DNA from: an uncultured Rickettsiales bacterium
GTDB taxonomy: Bacteria; Pseudomonadota; Alphaproteobacteria; Rs-D84
NCBI GenBank assembly: GCA_947176385.1
Contig: CAMWQN010000005.1
Location: forward strand, 1 to 44,989
Length of the DNA: 44,989 nucleotides
Reading direction: 5' to 3'
The translations under genes were made by a program, and so were the position numbers. The notes below the pieces were generated by a model that worked only from the letters and a program-made list of their open reading frames with translations, searched no databases and was not told the origin of the DNA. Shown here piece after piece: positions 31,334 to 41,038 of this stretch (the stretch's first letter is position 1; the number at the start of each line of letters is the position of its first letter).

Positions 31334-31509
31334 GAAATTCAACCGCCGCTTGTCGGCGGTTTAATTTATGCCTGTGCACCCCAGGATTTGAATCCCAGGT
31401 TCGACAAAGAGTAGATTTCGCAAGATTTATCGCGACGAAATCGTCACGACTGCCCCGCAGTTGCAGCGCACAATGTGCGACGGGCGAGGGAATCCTTATG
31501 GGTGCGCCA
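31334..31509 (+). repeat. tRNA-associated palindromic mini-element ending in a duplicated tRNA 3' end
   Basis: GAATCCTT(C/A)TGGGTGCGCCA at 31314-33 and 31490-509 (19/20 identical), with several stems in between. Confidence 0.75.
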
Positions 31510-31651
31510 AATAAAAAAATAATATATTGCAATAAATTCTTGAAAATATGAACCTTACACAGGAATTTCGTCCTTGATAATATTTGTAATGAATTGTATA
31601 TTTAGTGGCATACACGGTATATTATTGTCGTAAGTGTATCGGAGGGGATAA

Positions 31652-32584
31652 ATGTTTGATTTTGGAGTTGTTTTTGTTTTATTATGTGTGTTTGGGTCTT
31701 TTATTGGTTTAAGCTTGATTATGGCGAAAGTAGATAGGGATAATAAAGACCTGCCAAAACAATATATCGTATGGTTTTATCATCATATATATACTTGTGT
31801 GTTGCGTCACGCTGAGATGTTATCGCTGAATTATCAACGTGGGCGTCGCATTGGTGATTATGGTGAGATAATAGATGACGAGTGGAAACGAGAGGTTCGA
31901 TATTTTGTGCAACGTGTGATAATTCCAAATATTGAAACAAATATGTTGCGTGGAGTTATAATCCCCGAAGAACTATTTGTCGATGGAGTTTTTTCTGAAG
32001 AAACAAATATAATACAAAAGTTTAAATTTTCAGACTATATTTCTGGTTTAAAAACTAATAAAAATGAACCTCAATTTGTGTGTTGTTATAAAAAGCGTTC
32101 TATAGCAACCTACTATGGCGATTTTTCAACTACTATATCAGAAGAATTATTGGATGTTTTATGTTCTCAGGTTGAAATATTATGTGAATTTTTATTTGGA
32201 TCAGAGCTATACACTATGCCGTTAAATATAGATAATCCAATAGACTATGAAATGATGGTTGCAGCATTGTTAAAAGATATTGGCTTCGCTGTGCGTACAA
32301 CCAAAGCAAGTGGTGATCAAGGCGCAGATGTGTTGGCTGAAAAAAATGGCATATCATTTGCTATTCAATGCAAAAAGTATTCAAAACCAGTTGGCAATAA
32401 AGCTGTCCAAGAAGCGAATGCCGGTCGCGATTTTTATAAATGTGATTATGGTGTTGTAGTTTCAAACGCTGGTTTTACAAAATCTGCCAAGCAAGCCGCC
32501 AATGCATGCCAAATTATATTGTTGAATGAACGCCAATTGGAAAAATTATTAAAATATGTGCCAGATGAGAACGATGATAAATAA
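31652..32584 (+). CDS. Mrr-family restriction endonuclease domain protein with N-terminal TM helix
   Basis: DYE..VA.LL...GF....T..SGDQGADV......AIQCK...VG..AVQE Mrr_cat motif; GGAGG RBS; AT-rich. Confidence 0.87.
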   Translation: MFDFGVVFVLLCVFGSFIGLSLIMAKVDRDNKDLPKQYIVWFYHHIYTCVLRHAEMLSLNYQRGRRIGDYGEIIDDEWKREVRYFVQRVIIPNIETNMLRGVIIPEELFVDGVFSEETNIIQKFKFSDYISGLKTNKNEPQFVCCYKKRSIATYYGDFSTTISEELLDVLCSQVEILCEFLFGSELYTMPLNIDNPIDYEMMVAALLKDIGFAVRTTKASGDQGADVLAEKNGISFAIQCKKYSKPVGNKAVQEANAGRDFYKCDYGVVVSNAGFTKSAKQAANACQIILLNERQLEKLLKYVPDENDDK

Positions 32585-32636
32585 ATTCGTTTAATAGAAC
32601 TTTTTATCCACACATTTTCTATGGCGAGAGAAAAAT

Positions 32637-33131
32637 ATGAATAAAATTGACTTACTAAAAGCCTTATTATTTGAATCTGTAGCAAAATTGTATGCAAATG
32701 ATTATTATCTGTTTACAGTACGTGGAATGGAAAATGCTTGTGTATCCAGAATAATTTATTATATGCAGGATATGCTGTATACGGACCAACGATTTGCTGA
32801 ATGGCGAAATCATAATATAGACTTTGAATACAATAAAAGTACTGATGGATTGAAGGTAGGTTTTTATTATAAGAAAAAATATCTTAAACCCGATTTAGTT
32901 TTGCATATTAGGGGTACAGATAAGCATAATTTAATGGTTGTAGAATTCAAGAAAGGCTGTAAAAGTTCTGATAGTGACATAACGAAACTGCGAGATTTGA
33001 CACATAGTTATCAGCGTTATAAATATGTTCTAGGGTGTGCCGTATCGCTAAAAAAACAAAAAGTTGAATATCGATTTGTGCAGAAAGGCAAAGAAGTCGA
33101 AAGTTTATTTATACAAGAGTATATAATGTAA
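32637..33131 (+). CDS. Putative PD-(D/E)xK nuclease
   Basis: E....RI, IDFEYNK, KPDLVLHIRG, LMVVEFKK, DITKL. Confidence 0.72.
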   Translation: MNKIDLLKALLFESVAKLYANDYYLFTVRGMENACVSRIIYYMQDMLYTDQRFAEWRNHNIDFEYNKSTDGLKVGFYYKKKYLKPDLVLHIRGTDKHNLMVVEFKKGCKSSDSDITKLRDLTHSYQRYKYVLGCAVSLKKQKVEYRFVQKGKEVESLFIQEYIM

Positions 33132-33140
33132 CAGGCGTGT

Positions 33141-33722
33141 CTATTTCGTCCGTAACTTAAATCCGTGATACAGGTGATTAAAATGCATTCTGCACACAGA
33201 TTTATAATTGCTGTCGCCCAAGGCGATTTGTTCGCCGGCACGAATAACATTGCCATTGGCGTCAAATCGCAGATGGTGGGTTGCCTTGTTCACGCATCCG
33301 TTAATCTGGCAATTTGATTCATTGTAGTGCAGTTTTGCGCCAACCTCTATCAACCGGCGTGATGCTGGGAATATTTGTTCATTACTGTCAACCAGCAGAC
33401 CATAGCACATAACAATTACATCTGTATCATCGGCAATGCGGACCAGTTTATCTACGTCTGCTTCGCCAAAGAACTGAATTTCATCAACCAGCACAAATTT
33501 TGTGTCAGGTCGTGGTGTGTATTCACTCAGATTTTTCAGTGACAGTGCAGGTGTATCAATTCCAATGCGTGATACAATGCGATTTTCTGAAAAGCGTGTG
33601 TCGTATTGTGGTTTAATAACCTCAACCGGGGTGTTGTTGCGGCGAAAATTATATGCGTTGATTATCAGCTGTGCTGACTTTGAACTGCCCATTGTGCCAT
33701 AGTGGAAATGTAAATTTGCCAT
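33141..33722 (-). CDS. tdk: Thymidine kinase
   Basis: YGTMGSSKS, VSRIG, LVDEIQF, CYGL, YKSVCR.H. Confidence 0.93.
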   Translation of the reverse strand: MANLHFHYGTMGSSKSAQLIINAYNFRRNNTPVEVIKPQYDTRFSENRIVSRIGIDTPALSLKNLSEYTPRPDTKFVLVDEIQFFGEADVDKLVRIADDTDVIVMCYGLLVDSNEQIFPASRRLIEVGAKLHYNESNCQINGCVNKATHHLRFDANGNVIRAGEQIALGDSNYKSVCRMHFNHLYHGFKLRTK

Positions 33723-33732
33723 AATATTTTCC

Positions 33733-34680
33733 TTATGCTTTCAGATTCATTGATTCCAATCGCGCAATGCGTTTTTCCACCGGTGGATGTGTTGCGAGTA
33801 GGGAACTTGCAAATTCCCGTGGACCACCAGGATATGCAATGCATGCGGTGGACATTGATTTTGCCTTGTCCAGGCATTCAACACGTGCATCAGTTGTGAT
33901 TTTGCGCAGCGCACTTGCCAATGCTGCCGGATTGCGTGTTATGTGTGCGCCGGTTGCGTCTGCTGCATATTCACGATTGCGTGATACTGCCATACGTAAC
34001 AATGGCGTTACAATAAAATTAAACACCATAAATGCCAGCCATACCATAAACAGTACTGCAGCACCGTTCTTGTTATCGTTGTCGTTCGAAGAATGATGTG
34101 AACCGCTGATAATCATGCGCCAGATTATATCGGCGGCAAATACTGTTACGCCAACACCTGTAATCAGCAACATATCCAGTCGTATGTCACGATTGCCGAT
34201 GTGTGCCATTTCATGTGCGATGACGCCTTCCAATTCCAGTCGGTCCAGGCGTTTGATTATCCCCCGGGTCAGTGCGACGGATGCGTCGCGCGGACTGCGT
34301 CCGGTTGCAAATGCGTTCATAGAATCGTCATCAATTATATAAACGCGCGGTGTTGGTAATCCGGCTGCCAGTGCGACATTTTCAACCGCGCGGAAAATTT
34401 CGCGATTTTTTGGGTCTGTATCATATATCTGATGTGCGCCTGCCATGTTCAGCATCATTGAATCACCAAACGCCCATGAAATACCCAGCCAGACAAGGCA
34501 TGCAATCGCTGTTGGAATTGCAACCGCGACCGTTGTTGCAAATGCATCATGTGCCGGAACAACAATCCATGTGAACAAGAATACCAGTGCGATAAATATC
34601 ATTGGAAACAGTGCCACCAGCGCGATTGTCTTGATATTGTTTGCACGGATATGGTCATATACAGTTTTGACTTTGGTCAT
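33733..34680 (-). CDS. htpX: M48 zinc metalloprotease HtpX
   Basis: NAFATG, AHEMAH, SRNREYAAD, THPP...RI. Confidence 0.93.
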   Translation of the reverse strand: MTKVKTVYDHIRANNIKTIALVALFPMIFIALVFLFTWIVVPAHDAFATTVAVAIPTAIACLVWLGISWAFGDSMMLNMAGAHQIYDTDPKNREIFRAVENVALAAGLPTPRVYIIDDDSMNAFATGRSPRDASVALTRGIIKRLDRLELEGVIAHEMAHIGNRDIRLDMLLITGVGVTVFAADIIWRMIISGSHHSSNDNDNKNGAAVLFMVWLAFMVFNFIVTPLLRMAVSRNREYAADATGAHITRNPAALASALRKITTDARVECLDKAKSMSTACIAYPGGPREFASSLLATHPPVEKRIARLESMNLKA

Positions 34681-34745
34681 AGCAAATGGTTCCTGTTAAT
34701 TTTTGGCTTTGTCGCCCGTATTATAAACAAAAAACAAGGCGAGTC

Positions 34746-35888
34746 ATGAAAAAAATTTTTACTCTTGTCATGTTAATGTTTTGTTCCAATGTTTATGCAT
34801 CGGGCAGTCCATTTGATGCATCAAATTATTTGTTTGGTGCGGCGGATGCCTGGTCGCGTATTTTGCCAGGTGGGGGCGGTGGTGAAATTGCAAGCCGCAT
34901 TCAGCCATTACAGACATCGGATGCAATGCAATTTGCAAACTTTATATCACTGTTGGCGTATAATGATACAGCGTTTACTATATATGAGTCCGACGCGCAT
35001 ATGTCGCAAGCCCTGGATTTCTTGGCACACCCATTAGAGGCACGTCGTCGCGCATGCCCAGCAAATGTGTCGGGATGCACAAATGTCCGGCGTTCATTGG
35101 TGATTGATGGTGGTGTCGGGGCGTCTTTTGCGGATTACAGCCCATCAAACAATTCTGATTTCAAGACAAAGACAACAGATTTCACCATTCGTGCCAAGGC
35201 TTTTGTTAGTGACGGTGCCGTGTTCGGTGTTGAATACACACGCACAGACACAGATAATCGCGACAGTGCAATTGATCTGAACGCGACGGGGAACAGTGTG
35301 ACAATGTTCGCACAATATTTATCCACGTCTGGGATATTTGCCAACGTTGGAATAAATGCTGGGACAATTGCATGGCGTTCAGATAAAACAATTGTCAGCG
35401 TGCCTGATGACGAAGAATATACTACTAATTTCTGGGGCGGGCAGGTAAATACAGGTGTCCAGATTGTCGCTGGACCATTTACTATGACGCCTGAAATTGG
35501 TATGCGATATATGCATATATCATCAGAATCACATGTTGATGCTGCAACCCAGTTCTTTGACCATTGGCGATATAATAACCTGCGTGCAACGGCTGGCGCA
35601 ACGGTTGGATTTGACTTTGTTGGTGATGGATTTACAGTGCGCCCAATGTTATCAGGTGGTGGATTGTACGATATAATCAGCAAAGCGACAGATAATGTCA
35701 CAGTGCGCATCGCTGGCGACCAAATATATAATATCCCGGTCCAAACCCCGGGACGTGCCGGATTTACCGGTGGTGCAGGTATTGGTGTATATGGTGCGCG
35801 TTTTGCAGCCGGGATTGATTGGAATATCGATATTCGCACAGATTATGTTGCGCATACTGGTATGGCGCATGCCAAGATAGTATTTTAA
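34746..35888 (+). CDS. Autotransporter beta-domain protein with short passenger
   Basis: Signal peptide, ~270-aa amphipathic strand region, TPEIGMRY, terminal AKIVF. Confidence 0.75.
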   Translation: MKKIFTLVMLMFCSNVYASGSPFDASNYLFGAADAWSRILPGGGGGEIASRIQPLQTSDAMQFANFISLLAYNDTAFTIYESDAHMSQALDFLAHPLEARRRACPANVSGCTNVRRSLVIDGGVGASFADYSPSNNSDFKTKTTDFTIRAKAFVSDGAVFGVEYTRTDTDNRDSAIDLNATGNSVTMFAQYLSTSGIFANVGINAGTIAWRSDKTIVSVPDDEEYTTNFWGGQVNTGVQIVAGPFTMTPEIGMRYMHISSESHVDAATQFFDHWRYNNLRATAGATVGFDFVGDGFTVRPMLSGGGLYDIISKATDNVTVRIAGDQIYNIPVQTPGRAGFTGGAGIGVYGARFAAGIDWNIDIRTDYVAHTGMAHAKIVF

Positions 35889-35922
35889 ATCGCACCTGTT
35901 TTGTGATACAATGCATTTCGAT

Positions 35923-37026
35923 ATGAAACGTGTATGTATCAGCATCTTTTCCATGCTTTTGGTGTTTTGTGCGGTTGATGCAAAGCCGTTGGACAGTATA
36001 TTAACTGCTGCGTCTTTTCCAAAGAATGCGGATGATTTAACATTTCGTCAGCGAATGGATGTCCTGACAGATGGGTACGAAGATTTTGATACTGAGTTTG
36101 ATTCAAATGGTGTTTGCATTAAAAACTGCCCGTATGTTGGCATGACGTTAAAAGATTTTGAAAAACGAATAACCCAGACCGCGCAGGAAGTACAACAGGA
36201 TATCAACGACATTCAACAAGAATCAGTGCAAGCTACCACTGATAACACATCGACAAATAACGGTGATGATTCTACGGAAACGGATGTTGATGATCAGATA
36301 GCAAAATATTTGGCGGACATAGTTCGTACAGAAACAGGGGTTAATGTGTCGAACGATGAAAGTGCTTTGCAAAGAATAAGAGAGCTTGCAGCGCGGATTC
36401 GAACAGAATTGGAAACCCAGGAAACAACAAGTGTTGATTTAGGAACTGTTGTTTCAAATATTCCTGCCGGAAAACGACGTACAGTCACCGTAAATTTATC
36501 GGATCTGCGAAATAAAATTCAACATTATGTTCAAAACCATCGTCCAAGTTCTGGCGGAAATAATCGTCCACCGGTGACTGGGACAACAATACCAACATCA
36601 TGTCCATTGCGGGGTAATCCTGTTAATGTGTCATCTGAAATGGGATATCGTGACAAGTACAAGCGTAATCATAATGGTATGGATTTACCAGTTAGCGTGA
36701 ATACCCCGGTATATGCTGCTGCCGATGGCGTGGTCGTTATTCGCAGAAACCAAGGCGCCAAAAAAGGATATGGTAATTATTTGGTAATCCAGCACGACAA
36801 AAATTATTACACAGTATATGGTCATTTGAATACATGGTTGGTTTCCCAGGGGCAGCGTGTTCGTGCAGGACAGGAAATTGCCAAAAGTGGTAATACGGGT
36901 CATTCAACCGGACCGCATTTACATTTTGAAGTATTAAAGAACGCGCCACTGGTTGTCAGTGGTGCAACACCAGTTGACCCACGTAAAGTCACAAAATGTC
37001 CCTGGAATCCTGCAACGCGACGTTAA
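35923..37026 (+). CDS. M23 family metallopeptidase with atypical N-terminal region
   Basis: Signal peptide; HNGMDL, YGNY, YGHL, STGPHLHFE. Confidence 0.88.
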   Translation: MKRVCISIFSMLLVFCAVDAKPLDSILTAASFPKNADDLTFRQRMDVLTDGYEDFDTEFDSNGVCIKNCPYVGMTLKDFEKRITQTAQEVQQDINDIQQESVQATTDNTSTNNGDDSTETDVDDQIAKYLADIVRTETGVNVSNDESALQRIRELAARIRTELETQETTSVDLGTVVSNIPAGKRRTVTVNLSDLRNKIQHYVQNHRPSSGGNNRPPVTGTTIPTSCPLRGNPVNVSSEMGYRDKYKRNHNGMDLPVSVNTPVYAAADGVVVIRRNQGAKKGYGNYLVIQHDKNYYTVYGHLNTWLVSQGQRVRAGQEIAKSGNTGHSTGPHLHFEVLKNAPLVVSGATPVDPRKVTKCPWNPATRR

Positions 37027-37385
37027 TGCTTGCGAAAACGGACGTCAAAACTGCCGTTATTTAGTGGTGTTGCTGATATTATATATGGTGACAGAATACT
37101 GTCACGTGCCCATTGTTGAAATTTGATTTTTAAAATACCACTGGCGCCGGTAATGATTGTTGCGCGACGTACGCCACTTGTTGCAATTTCCATAATTGCA
37201 TCCCATGATTCCTGTTCAGTGCGCTGGTGCAGGTCCAGTGTTACATGATGTGGCACCTCAGTCACCGGTTTTGGTATTTTTTGCGCCAGATGCAGTTGCC
37301 GCACAGCGCACCGGGCGTCATTTATGTCAGGCGTAAATTTGGCATCTGCCATATTTTGGATATCGTCATCGGTCAGGTGTTTCAT
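37023..37385 (-). CDS. Smr domain protein
   Basis: LDLHQ.T, IITG.SGIL, NNGSF.V. Confidence 0.78.
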   Translation of the reverse strand: MKHLTDDDIQNMADAKFTPDINDARCAVRQLHLAQKIPKPVTEVPHHVTLDLHQRTEQESWDAIMEIATSGVRRATIITGASGILKIKFQQWARDSILSPYIISATPLNNGSFDVRFRKH

Positions 37386-37395
37386 GATAAGATGA

Positions 37396-38145
37396 CTAAT
37401 CGTGTTCCATTGTGTTTTCTGGCTTTTCTAACTTTTTGGTCCATTCGTTATCTGGGAAATTCAAGCGCAGCATTTCGGCATATCCTGCGGCTTGTGATGG
37501 TAAACCAATCGCAGTATAACATTCGGTCAGGCGATATAATGCTTCTGGTGTCATAACGGTTTCCTGGGCGTCTGTCACAATACGTTGCAGTTGCGATATT
37601 GCGGTTGTCCAGTTGCTGCGATGCATTTCACTGCGTGCAGAATACATTACTTTGCCGGCAATATAGTTTTTCAAGATAATGATTTTATTTTCAGCGTTTT
37701 TTGCATATTCAGTATTTGGAAAACGGTCAACCAATTGCTGGAATTGTTGCAGTGCATATGCAGACATGCCCGGTTCACGACGTACGTCTGACACCTGGCG
37801 GTAATAGCACATCCCACGCAGGTATAATACATATGGCACATCTTTGTTACCAGGGTGGAATCGCATGAAACGGTCTGCTGCCAAAATTGCACCGGCAAAG
37901 TCCCCGTCCATATAGTGCGAATATGCTGCCATGACCAATGCATCAGCTGCCCATGGGCTGGATGGATATTGCGATTCTGCCTTTAAGAATTCGGCAGCAG
38001 CCTTGTCATAATCCTTGTCATCAAATTCGGCGTATGCAGTTTTATAAATATCTGCCAATGGTTCATCGGCAACGACTTTATTATCAGATCCCGCGCATGC
38101 AGCCAGCGCAAATCCAACCATAGTCATCAGAATCAGTTTTTTCAT
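37396..38145 (-). CDS. bamD: Outer membrane protein assembly factor BamD
   Basis: LAAC lipobox, TPR helices, YPSSPWA, RFHPGN, PEALYRL.E.Y, NFPDNEW. Confidence 0.92.
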   Translation of the reverse strand: MKKLILMTMVGFALAACAGSDNKVVADEPLADIYKTAYAEFDDKDYDKAAAEFLKAESQYPSSPWAADALVMAAYSHYMDGDFAGAILAADRFMRFHPGNKDVPYVLYLRGMCYYRQVSDVRREPGMSAYALQQFQQLVDRFPNTEYAKNAENKIIILKNYIAGKVMYSARSEMHRSNWTTAISQLQRIVTDAQETVMTPEALYRLTECYTAIGLPSQAAGYAEMLRLNFPDNEWTKKLEKPENTMEHD

Positions 38146-38199
38146 GTCTGTTTATTCCTGTCTTGATTTTATTTGTTTTATTTCAGTATAATCTAAACT

Positions 38200-39660
38200 A
38201 TGAAACTAGGCAAACATATTTTCGGGGTTGGTGCCATGACGGGCATCAGTCGTATATTTGGTTTTATCCGTGACATGCTGATTGCGCGTGTTCTGGGGGC
38301 AGGGCGCATGTCGGATATATTCTTGGCAGCGTTTAAGTTGCCGAATTTATTCCGTGACCTGCTGGGCGAAGGTGCATTGTCTGCAATCTTTATTCCGATG
38401 TATGCGGAAAAAAACAAGGATGCCAAGTTTGCCCAGAATGTATTTTCATGGCTGATGCTGGTTTTGCTGGGCATTACATTGTTATTTGAAATCTTTATGC
38501 CATTGGTTATATGGATTTTGGCACCTGGGTTCGCGGACGAGCCTGGTAAAATGCAATTAACCGTTCTGATTTCACGTATTATGTTCGTGTATGTGATTTT
38601 TGTGTGCGGGGCAGCATTCTTGTCCGCGATATTAAATGCCTTGTCACGCTTTTTATTGGCGGCGTTTATGCCGGTACTGTTGAATATTATGCTGATTGGC
38701 GCATTGTTGGCGGGCGCCATGTATGCGTCAGAAACAATTTTATTTATCATGGCTGGTACAGTCGTCGCGTCTGGTATAATTCAGTTCGCGGTTTTGTGGC
38801 ACCGCATTCGCAGTCGTCATTTTGGATTACGCCTGATTATGCCACGCTGGACCCCGGGGATTCGTGATTTATTTAAACGCCTGGGGATCAGTATCGTTGG
38901 CAACGGTTTTTACCAGATAACAATCATTATTGGTACACTGGTCGCCAGTTTCCAAAGTGGTGCTGTATCATGGCTGTATTATTCTGACCGCATTGTGCAG
39001 TTGCCATTTGCAATGATTGGATTGGCGGTTGGCACGGTTCTGATGTCATCGATATCAAATGCGCTGGCTGAAAACAATATACGCAGTGTTCATATTCAAC
39101 AGAATTCTTCGATGCGCCGGTCATTAATGTTGATATTGCCGTGTGTGGCAGGTTTGGTCGTTTTGGCAGAACCGATTATTCGTTATCTGTTCCAATATGG
39201 GGCATGGACATCCCAATCAACACATGCTGTGGCAGTCGCAATTATGATTCAAGCCTGGGTTTTGCCGGCAATGCTGGTCAGCCAGATTTACAGCAAAACA
39301 CTATACGCATCCCAGGACGTAAAAACACCAGTTCGCACCAGTATGATATCACTGGGGGTCGCCAGTATCATTTATTTAGCAGCGTTCCCGTTTGTTGGAT
39401 ATCTGGCAATTCCGATTGGGGTCGTGGTCAGCGGGTATTTGAAAAATTACCTGTTGGGACGTGTGTGTAAAAAGCGGAACCTGGTCAATGTTTACAGCAA
39501 GACCCGTCATGCAATTATGGCATTTGGGGCGCTGTCGGCTGTTATGGGATTGGGACTGTATTTCGTACCGATTACCAGTATATGGTGGCTGGGGGTGTCA
39601 ATCGCAGTGTTTGGGATAATATACCTGCCGCTGGCGTATGTTATTGACCGGAAAATATAA
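38200..39660 (+). CDS. murJ: Lipid II flippase MurJ
   Basis: SRIFGFIRD, AFKLPNLFR...GEGA, YYSDRIVQLP, D.KTP. Confidence 0.95.
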   Translation: MKLGKHIFGVGAMTGISRIFGFIRDMLIARVLGAGRMSDIFLAAFKLPNLFRDLLGEGALSAIFIPMYAEKNKDAKFAQNVFSWLMLVLLGITLLFEIFMPLVIWILAPGFADEPGKMQLTVLISRIMFVYVIFVCGAAFLSAILNALSRFLLAAFMPVLLNIMLIGALLAGAMYASETILFIMAGTVVASGIIQFAVLWHRIRSRHFGLRLIMPRWTPGIRDLFKRLGISIVGNGFYQITIIIGTLVASFQSGAVSWLYYSDRIVQLPFAMIGLAVGTVLMSSISNALAENNIRSVHIQQNSSMRRSLMLILPCVAGLVVLAEPIIRYLFQYGAWTSQSTHAVAVAIMIQAWVLPAMLVSQIYSKTLYASQDVKTPVRTSMISLGVASIIYLAAFPFVGYLAIPIGVVVSGYLKNYLLGRVCKKRNLVNVYSKTRHAIMAFGALSAVMGLGLYFVPITSIWWLGVSIAVFGIIYLPLAYVIDRKI

Positions 39661-39720
39661 AGTTGAAACTGGACTTTTTATGTGATAAAATCTGTATTAA
39701 GAATGTAAGGAGTCCTAAAA

Positions 39721-40629
39721 ATGAAAAAAATCATTTCATTGGCAGTTTTAACTGCATTGGTTGCTGGGTGTACCAATACTGGCACAAACAGTACCGCAAA
39801 TTCCGGATATGGTTCTGATGGTTTCGGCGAAGAAGTGTTGGTCACAGAAACAACCACACCACAGTCTTTGAACAGCGCATATTTACTGGCACCTGCGCCA
39901 AAATACTATGTCGGCAGCGCGTACAAGGTCGAAGATGTACAATACATCCCAATGGAAGATTTGACATACAACCAGACTGGTGTTGCTGGTATCATTCCAA
40001 CAGAATTAAATGGCACAAAAACCAGCAACGGTGAAACGTTTGATGTAAATCAGATGGTCGCCACCAGCAAGACTTTGCCATTGCCAACAATTGCACGTGT
40101 AACAAATTTGGATAATGGTCAGTCTGTGATTGTTCGTGTAAACAACCGTGGTCCATTTGTAAACACACGTATTATGGATTTATCGCCAGCTGCTGCCCGT
40201 CAGATTGGTATGACAGGTCAGTCCAAGGTTCAGGTTCAGGTTTTGGCAGATCAATCCACCGCGGTAAAAAATGCGACAATGGGTACCACAACATATCAAC
40301 AGACCCAGACAATTGAAAGCACACCGACACAATACACAGAAACGGTAACAACAACGGTCACCCAGGCACCAGCGCCAGTTGCCGCATCTGGTGATTACAG
40401 TGTCCAGGTTGCAGCATTATATTCCGAAGACAGTGCAAATTCATTGGCAGCCCGTATGCGCACATATGGTGACGCGGTTGTTGTCAAGGAAGGTGACCTG
40501 TATAAAGTACGTATAATCAATCTGGATGCGCCAAAGGCACGTGGTGTAATTGACGCGCTGCGCAGCAGCGAAGGCATGGCGCCAGGATTGTTAAAAGATG
40601 GTCGCTGGGTAAATGCAGACAGCATTTAA
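39721..40629 (+). CDS. rlpA: RlpA family lipoprotein (DPBB + SPOR)
   Basis: VAGC lipobox, TSNGE.FD, KTLPLP..ARVTNL.NG..V.VRVNNRGP, YSVQVAA SPOR-like domain. Confidence 0.88.
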   Translation: MKKIISLAVLTALVAGCTNTGTNSTANSGYGSDGFGEEVLVTETTTPQSLNSAYLLAPAPKYYVGSAYKVEDVQYIPMEDLTYNQTGVAGIIPTELNGTKTSNGETFDVNQMVATSKTLPLPTIARVTNLDNGQSVIVRVNNRGPFVNTRIMDLSPAAARQIGMTGQSKVQVQVLADQSTAVKNATMGTTTYQQTQTIESTPTQYTETVTTTVTQAPAPVAASGDYSVQVAALYSEDSANSLAARMRTYGDAVVVKEGDLYKVRIINLDAPKARGVIDALRSSEGMAPGLLKDGRWVNADSI

Positions 40630-40649
40630 TCCAATGCCAAACAAATAAC

Positions 40650-40675
40650 AAATCCCGCAATCGCGGGATTTTTTT
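40650..40675. terminator. Intrinsic terminator
   Basis: AAATCCCGC-AATC-GCGGGATTTTTTT. Confidence 0.78.
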
Positions 40676-40681
40676 ATTTGA

Positions 40682-41008
40682 TTATTGTTTTAATATCGGG
40701 CTGGTGGCGTCGGTAATTTTTTGCAGCCTATTATGCAAATCAATTGCGCGGTTGTGCATATGTCGCCATTGTCGTGCCATTCGGTTATAGTCCCGTATTC
40801 TGGAACGTGTGTGCATTGTTATTAAGCCCAATGCAAACAGTGATTCAAGGATGTGTGGGGGAATTTCAACCTCGCCATTTTCAAAGAGGGTTAATTCAGC
40901 GCGTGATATTTTCAGCAATTGTGCCACATCGTCTGACAATATTGATGTACTGTGTCGTGCACGTTGCAGGGCGAATCCGATTGTGCGTGCGTTGATTGTT
41001 AGTGTCAT
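40682..41008 (-). CDS. Small XRE-like HTH protein (downstream of leader copy D)
   Basis: IGFALQRAR...DVAQLLKISRAELTLFENG..EIP; GGAG RBS. Confidence 0.78.
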   Translation of the reverse strand: MTLTINARTIGFALQRARHSTSILSDDVAQLLKISRAELTLFENGEVEIPPHILESLFALGLITMHTRSRIRDYNRMARQWRHMHNRAIDLHNRLQKITDATSPILKQ

Positions 41009-41038
41009 TTCTTTATCTCCATCTTTTTTTGATTAAAC

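Noticed and set aside
31255-31551. ORFs 31255..31551, 31296..31532 and 3499..3681
   Set aside because: They overlap tRNA genes; spurious.
33120-33145. Right att boundary for the tRNA-Arg nuclease islet
   Set aside because: No further copy of the tRNA 3' end and no integrase seen, so it is not called a complete mobile element.
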